A stretch of DNA of 40,512 nucleotides, from positions 1 through 40,512 of the IMG/VR virus record IMGVR_UViG_3300010157_000005, one strand, 5' to 3'. Numbering within the stretch: the stretch's first letter is position 1; each line of letters opens with the position of its first letter. This document shows, piece by piece, positions 36,977 through 40,512 of this stretch. The translations under genes were made by a program, and so were the position numbers. A model generated the notes under the pieces. The model searched no databases. It had not been told where the DNA came from and was given only the letters and a program-made list of their open reading frames with translations. Source of the stretch: a virus. Taxonomy: Duplodnaviria > Caudoviricetes.

Positions 36977-37305
36977 TGTGTCACCTGTGGGGTAACAATC
37001 ATTTTGCCTTGAATCATACGACTTACTTCGCCAGCACCAGAGGTAATCTCAAAGTCATAAACCCATTGACCGAGTGGGAAAGTGTTTGTTTGTGCGTTGG
37101 TAAAAGTCCAAGAAAAAGTGCCGTTACCGAGTGTAATACCGCCACCTGTGTTGCTTGTTAATGTAACAAAGGCGGTTGGCGCACCGTATTCTGTGCGTGC
37201 CTGTAACTTCGCGGTGTAGGTTCTTAAATCATAGCCAGCAATGGTGAACGCAAAAGTTTGGTCAGTACCTTGCGGAATTGTAATAGGCAGTACCGCAGGT
37301 TGCAC
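36973..37305 (-). CDS. Virion structural/adaptor beta-sandwich protein
   Basis: IPQGTD...YTAKLQAR...WVYDFEI...QGKMIVTPQVT. Confidence 0.65.
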   Translation of the reverse strand: MQPAVLPITIPQGTDQTFAFTIAGYDLRTYTAKLQARTEYGAPTAFVTLTSNTGGGITLGNGTFSWTFTNAQTNTFPLGQWVYDFEITSGAGEVSRMIQGKMIVTPQVTQ

Positions 37306-37587
37306 TTAAACTCCTGAATAAAGAACGGAAACCGCACCCGCAGAAGTTTGTGCCGCCGAGATTGCATAAACCGTGTCACCTTGGGTTAGCCAAAGTTGGT
37401 ATGTGGCACCAGTAGCGAGGATGTGACCCTGTGTTGCACCTGATGTTGTAATACTGCTATCACCAATGTAGATAGAAGCACTGTGGTTATTCTGAATAGA
37501 TACAGCAATAGCACCACCAGCCTGTTGTACTGTAAACAGTATTGTTGGGGTTGTGTTTACTTGCTTATTTAAGTGCACAAGAGCCAT
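37306..37587 (-). CDS. Small beta-rich structural protein (decoration-like)
   Basis: IQNN...IYIG...GDTVYAIS. Confidence 0.6.
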   Translation of the reverse strand: MALVHLNKQVNTTPTILFTVQQAGGAIAVSIQNNHSASIYIGDSSITTSGATQGHILATGATYQLWLTQGDTVYAISAAQTSAGAVSVLYSGV

Positions 37588-37629
37588 AGTAATCCTTTGA
37601 AAATGCTTACAGGTAATTGTAGGTGCTGG

Positions 37630-37740
37630 TTAAGGCTTTTGTCTATTTTCTTTTGCTGGTTTCTTGTCTTTTGGGATTATGGTTAAGCCAGCCATTGAGG
37701 TGTAAACAAATTTGTCTTCTTGTTTTTCTTTTTTAGGCAT
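37630..37740 (-). CDS. 36-aa basic peptide (absent from ORF track)
   Basis: AAGGAG RBS plus ATG; MPKKEKQEDKFVYTSMAGLTIIPKDKKPAKENRQKP. Confidence 0.55.
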   Translation of the reverse strand: MPKKEKQEDKFVYTSMAGLTIIPKDKKPAKENRQKP

Positions 37741-37749
37741 TTGTGCTCC

Positions 37750-39171
37750 TTAGTTAATTAACCGTAGTTTAATAGTGTTTGTATCTTTATTTATTTCAAT
37801 AAACTCAAACCTACTACCTTTGTCCAGTAGTAACTCGTGTTCACTAGACAAATCGGTGCCTGGGTTGAGCGAGTTAACGACAATACCCTTAGAGCCTGCT
37901 GGTATCTCAATTTGGAAACGCCCATACAGCCCCATGTCGTAGAAATGTTGCATCTGTAAATCTTCGTTATTGCTAAGCATTGTTGTAGAACTAAATCCAC
38001 TGTCTTGAAGTGTATCTCCAACTGAAGCGTCTTCCATAATTTGTTTGATGACGGAAGTCTTAATAAAGCGTTCAGCCATAATTGGCTTTGCTATTGCTGG
38101 TGCTTTAGCAATAATTTCACTTAATTGTGCCGCTTGATTTTCGTATGTGAAATCGAACGGGAAATCACCTCGCAAATAGTCGTTTAGACCTTGATAACCA
38201 GCACCTTGGTACTCCTCAACCGCTTGTCTATCAGACAAATCGAAAAGGTTGTTGGGTGTAGAGCGAGTGTAGTCGGCTGTAAATTGTTGAACCTGCTCTT
38301 TGTCCATACTCTCAAAGTTGGTTTCCGCAAATGGGTCACTAACATTACCGTCGTGGATAATGTTGTCCTCCAAGTCAGCACCAACATTTTGCACATCTTC
38401 AGTTGGTTGTTCTTCCGCAGGTTGGTCATCCGCAGTCTGTGTTCCGTCATCCACAACAGGAGCCAACGAACAACGGCAATTTGGGTGGGTGTCATCAACA
38501 GGTACAGGTGCATCGTCAATAGGAAATACCTCATCCTCATACTGCATACAGTCGTCACAGGGGTCAGCAACAAGCCACTTAACATACTCAATGTTGTTGT
38601 CTTTGTACTTGTCTAGTGATGCTTGGACCATTGCACGGTTTGACTCGGTACGACTAATGGTTAATGCTCGGGCTGGGTTATCCACAACCTTGTCAATAAG
38701 TTTTGCGGTTTCACCTGCTGGTAAGCCCTGTTGTAGCCCATTGTGTAGTGCATTACCAATTTGACTTATTTCGGTTTCTTCCAAGCCTTTAATTGTGACC
38801 TTGGCATTGTTTAATAGTTTTTGTAGTCCATCATTTGGTTCTAAAAGAGCCGCCGCACTTTGGATACCAGGCTTCCACTTGCTCCAGTCCAAACCTAGTG
38901 ATGAACCGAGTTGTTGGTTGGCTTGATTTTCCCCAAACGCATAACCCGAGCCATAAACCTCTGTAAGTATTTCGCGGAGTTGTTGGTCATTAAAGTCAAT
39001 GTTTAGTCGCACCCAGTCTTTTGCTGATTGTGGTGATGTGGACTTAATTAAGTTGTGTTCGTTCCAGCGTTTGGCTAGTCGTTCAACATTAATGCTGTTC
39101 TTGATTGCACTGTTAATCAGTAGTGCGTTACGAGCAAACAGTTGGTCCCTAGCAGACTCAAGTGCATTTAC
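37750..39171 (-). CDS. MuF minor head domain fused to a VIP2-like ADP-ribosyltransferase; frame open to the portal slippery site (first start codon only at 39012)
   Basis: RALTISRTE, CDDC...HPNCRC (MuF); YQGAGYQGLNDYLR, R...FSSTT...EHE (R-S-E ART). Confidence 0.9.
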   Translation of the reverse strand, partial: VNALESARDQLFARNALLINSAIKNSINVERLAKRWNEHNLIKSTSPQSAKDWVRLNIDFNDQQLREILTEVYGSGYAFGENQANQQLGSSLGLDWSKWKPGIQSAAALLEPNDGLQKLLNNAKVTIKGLEETEISQIGNALHNGLQQGLPAGETAKLIDKVVDNPARALTISRTESNRAMVQASLDKYKDNNIEYVKWLVADPCDDCMQYEDEVFPIDDAPVPVDDTHPNCRCSLAPVVDDGTQTADDQPAEEQPTEDVQNVGADLEDNIIHDGNVSDPFAETNFESMDKEQVQQFTADYTRSTPNNLFDLSDRQAVEEYQGAGYQGLNDYLRGDFPFDFTYENQAAQLSEIIAKAPAIAKPIMAERFIKTSVIKQIMEDASVGDTLQDSGFSSTTMLSNNEDLQMQHFYDMGLYGRFQIEIPAGSKGIVVNSLNPGTDLSSEHELLLDKGSRFEFIEINKDTNTIKLRLIN

Positions 39172-40512
39172 TTTTTTTTTAGTAAATCTTCCGCAATACT
39201 TTTAGTAAGTTGGTAGTCAGTTTTGGCGGCTTGATTTAGTGCTGATGCGTAGAAACCTTTAATACTTTTGAACTCAAAGTCACGGTCTGTGTTACCTTTT
39301 TTAGCCCACTTTAGGAACGCTTTAACTTCGTTAATTTGTTCTACTTCGTTTTGCGGTACTTCAGCATCTTCCTCACCACTGATTTGTGGTCCTGTTGATG
39401 TTGGTTCTTCCGTTGGTTTATCCACAGGCACTAAGCCTTCTGAGGTAAAGGTGTAGATTGCGGTACCTGCAATAAGCATTGGTGTATCAGCAATTGGGCT
39501 GTCAATTAGCGGTAGATTTAATTCGCTACGAGCCTCGTTAATGCTTCGCTGTCCTGACCTAACTTCCTTGTCCCGACGGTTTGCCATTGCTTCCGAGTCG
39601 GTTTCACGCCCACCATTAAATGAGAACACAAGTTCTGGTGGCATTTTTAGGAACCTGCGACTGATTTCGCTAATCATTTCAGCAAGCCAAAGTGTTAGTG
39701 GTTCAATACCAATTACATCACCAGACCGTGCTTCGCCTACTTGTTGCCCTGCACCGCCTAATGCACCACCGTCTGCGTATCCGATTTCGCTTGGTAGTAC
39801 TCCAAAGTGTCCACAAATTGCTTTAATTAGATACTCGTCTAGTGAAGCACTAAACTTTTCGGAGTGGTTACTTAAGTCAATTGGGTCTAAGCCAGCAGGT
39901 AGAACTCTTGCCCTCTTGCGTTGGTTTGTTTGTCCAGCCAAGTCGTCATTTAAAATGTTTTCGTATGCTCGTAGTAACTCTGGAGTGTTACCAAAGTTTT
40001 CATCCGTCTTGAACATCAGGTCAGGCATAACACCGTCAGTGAACTCGGAGCGTAACCATTGTTGTCTGCGTAAATAAACATCAGACACGGGTAAGGCTCG
40101 TTCCACAGGTGGGAAGCCGTATGGTGTCCAAGTGCGTTGGTTACGAACTTTGTAGATTAGTTCATCAGCCGAGTAGGCACTATCCGACTCAACATTTGCT
40201 GCAAGAAACTCACCACGCGGAAATCCGTACAAAATCTGTTGGAAAGCAGGGAACGGTGCTTGTGGTCGCATACCTCTATCATCCAACAACGGTTTAATTG
40301 TGGAACCGTCAAGGATTTCAAGACTGTGTAGGTCACCCTTTAAGTCTGGGTGTGGGTAAATTGCTAAAGCATCTATGACAAGGACTTCTTCAAGTGCCAT
40401 GTTCAGCCACTCTTTGAAGTTAAGTCCGTTGATTTTGTCTGGTGTTTGCCAGAAGGCTCGTAGTCGGGAAATGTCGCTGGTGTATTTATCTCGGGCTGTT
40501 GCCATTGCACGA
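39168..40512 (-). CDS. Portal protein, C-terminal part
   Basis: YGFPPVE, ICGHFGVLPSEIG, SINEARSELNLP; follows terL on the circle. Confidence 0.92.
   Translation of the reverse strand, partial: RAMATARDKYTSDISRLRAFWQTPDKINGLNFKEWLNMALEEVLVIDALAIYPHPDLKGDLHSLEILDGSTIKPLLDDRGMRPQAPFPAFQQILYGFPRGEFLAANVESDSAYSADELIYKVRNQRTWTPYGFPPVERALPVSDVYLRRQQWLRSEFTDGVMPDLMFKTDENFGNTPELLRAYENILNDDLAGQTNQRKRARVLPAGLDPIDLSNHSEKFSASLDEYLIKAICGHFGVLPSEIGYADGGALGGAGQQVGEARSGDVIGIEPLTLWLAEMISEISRRFLKMPPELVFSFNGGRETDSEAMANRRDKEVRSGQRSINEARSELNLPLIDSPIADTPMLIAGTAIYTFTSEGLVPVDKPTEEPTSTGPQISGEEDAEVPQNEVEQINEVKAFLKWAKKGNTDRDFEFKSIKGFYASALNQAAKTDYQLTKSIAEDLLKKK
39171..39180 (-). other. Slippery site A9G (A-AAA-AAG) directly before the portal stop
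   Basis: CTA AAA AAA AAG TAA; -1 frame continues GTA AAT GCA into MuF-ART. Confidence 0.7.
40390..40512. repeat. Terminal overlap identical to 1-123
   Basis: Exact match. Confidence 0.97.

Noticed and set aside
39117-39167. ATG straight after the portal stop as the MuF start
   Set aside because: Wrong frame; stops after 16 codons
10-40297. Long plus-strand ORFs antisense to genes (e.g. 24723-25475, 39541-40077, 17103-17594, 10-462)
   Set aside because: Shadow frames of well-supported minus-strand genes, without RBS or motifs
1-40512. Stop-codon reassignment
   Set aside because: Conserved genes are intact in the standard code and all three stop codons end genes

Overview
The window is a complete, circularly assembled tailed-phage genome of about 40.4 kb: bases 1-123 equal 40390-40512, and the join lies inside the portal gene. 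Almost all genes are on the minus strand. WhiB, an Lsr2-type domain, an MSMEG_6728-type glycosylase and a GP88-like protein point to an actinobacterial host. Fairly low GC plus WhiB plus a MuF-ADP-ribosyltransferase resembles freshwater acI-type actinophages (inference). I recognised a siphovirus-type virion module, a lysis cassette and recombination genes, but no polymerase, helicase, primase, integrase or tRNA. Main observations: (1) An A9/A-AAA-AAG slippery site directly before the portal stop codon leads in the -1 frame into a start-less extension of the MuF-ART gene, predicting a ~1070-aa portal-MuF-toxin fusion. (2) A coupled cassette of glf (UDP-galactopyranose mutase), a ParB-like protein and a tandem TAGT/GREB1-like glycosyltransferase abuts the terminase and has no TET or methylase partner; it is a candidate galactofuranosylation system. 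(3) A covarying 5'-leader hairpin CGG(G/C)-GUAAGAA-(C/G)CC(G/A) sits at a near-fixed distance behind five early promoters. (4) There is a probable ~80-nt antisense sRNA. (5) GATC, AGCT, CCGG and, unusually, ATAT appear to be absent. All family calls come from motif recognition by eye; no searches were run.
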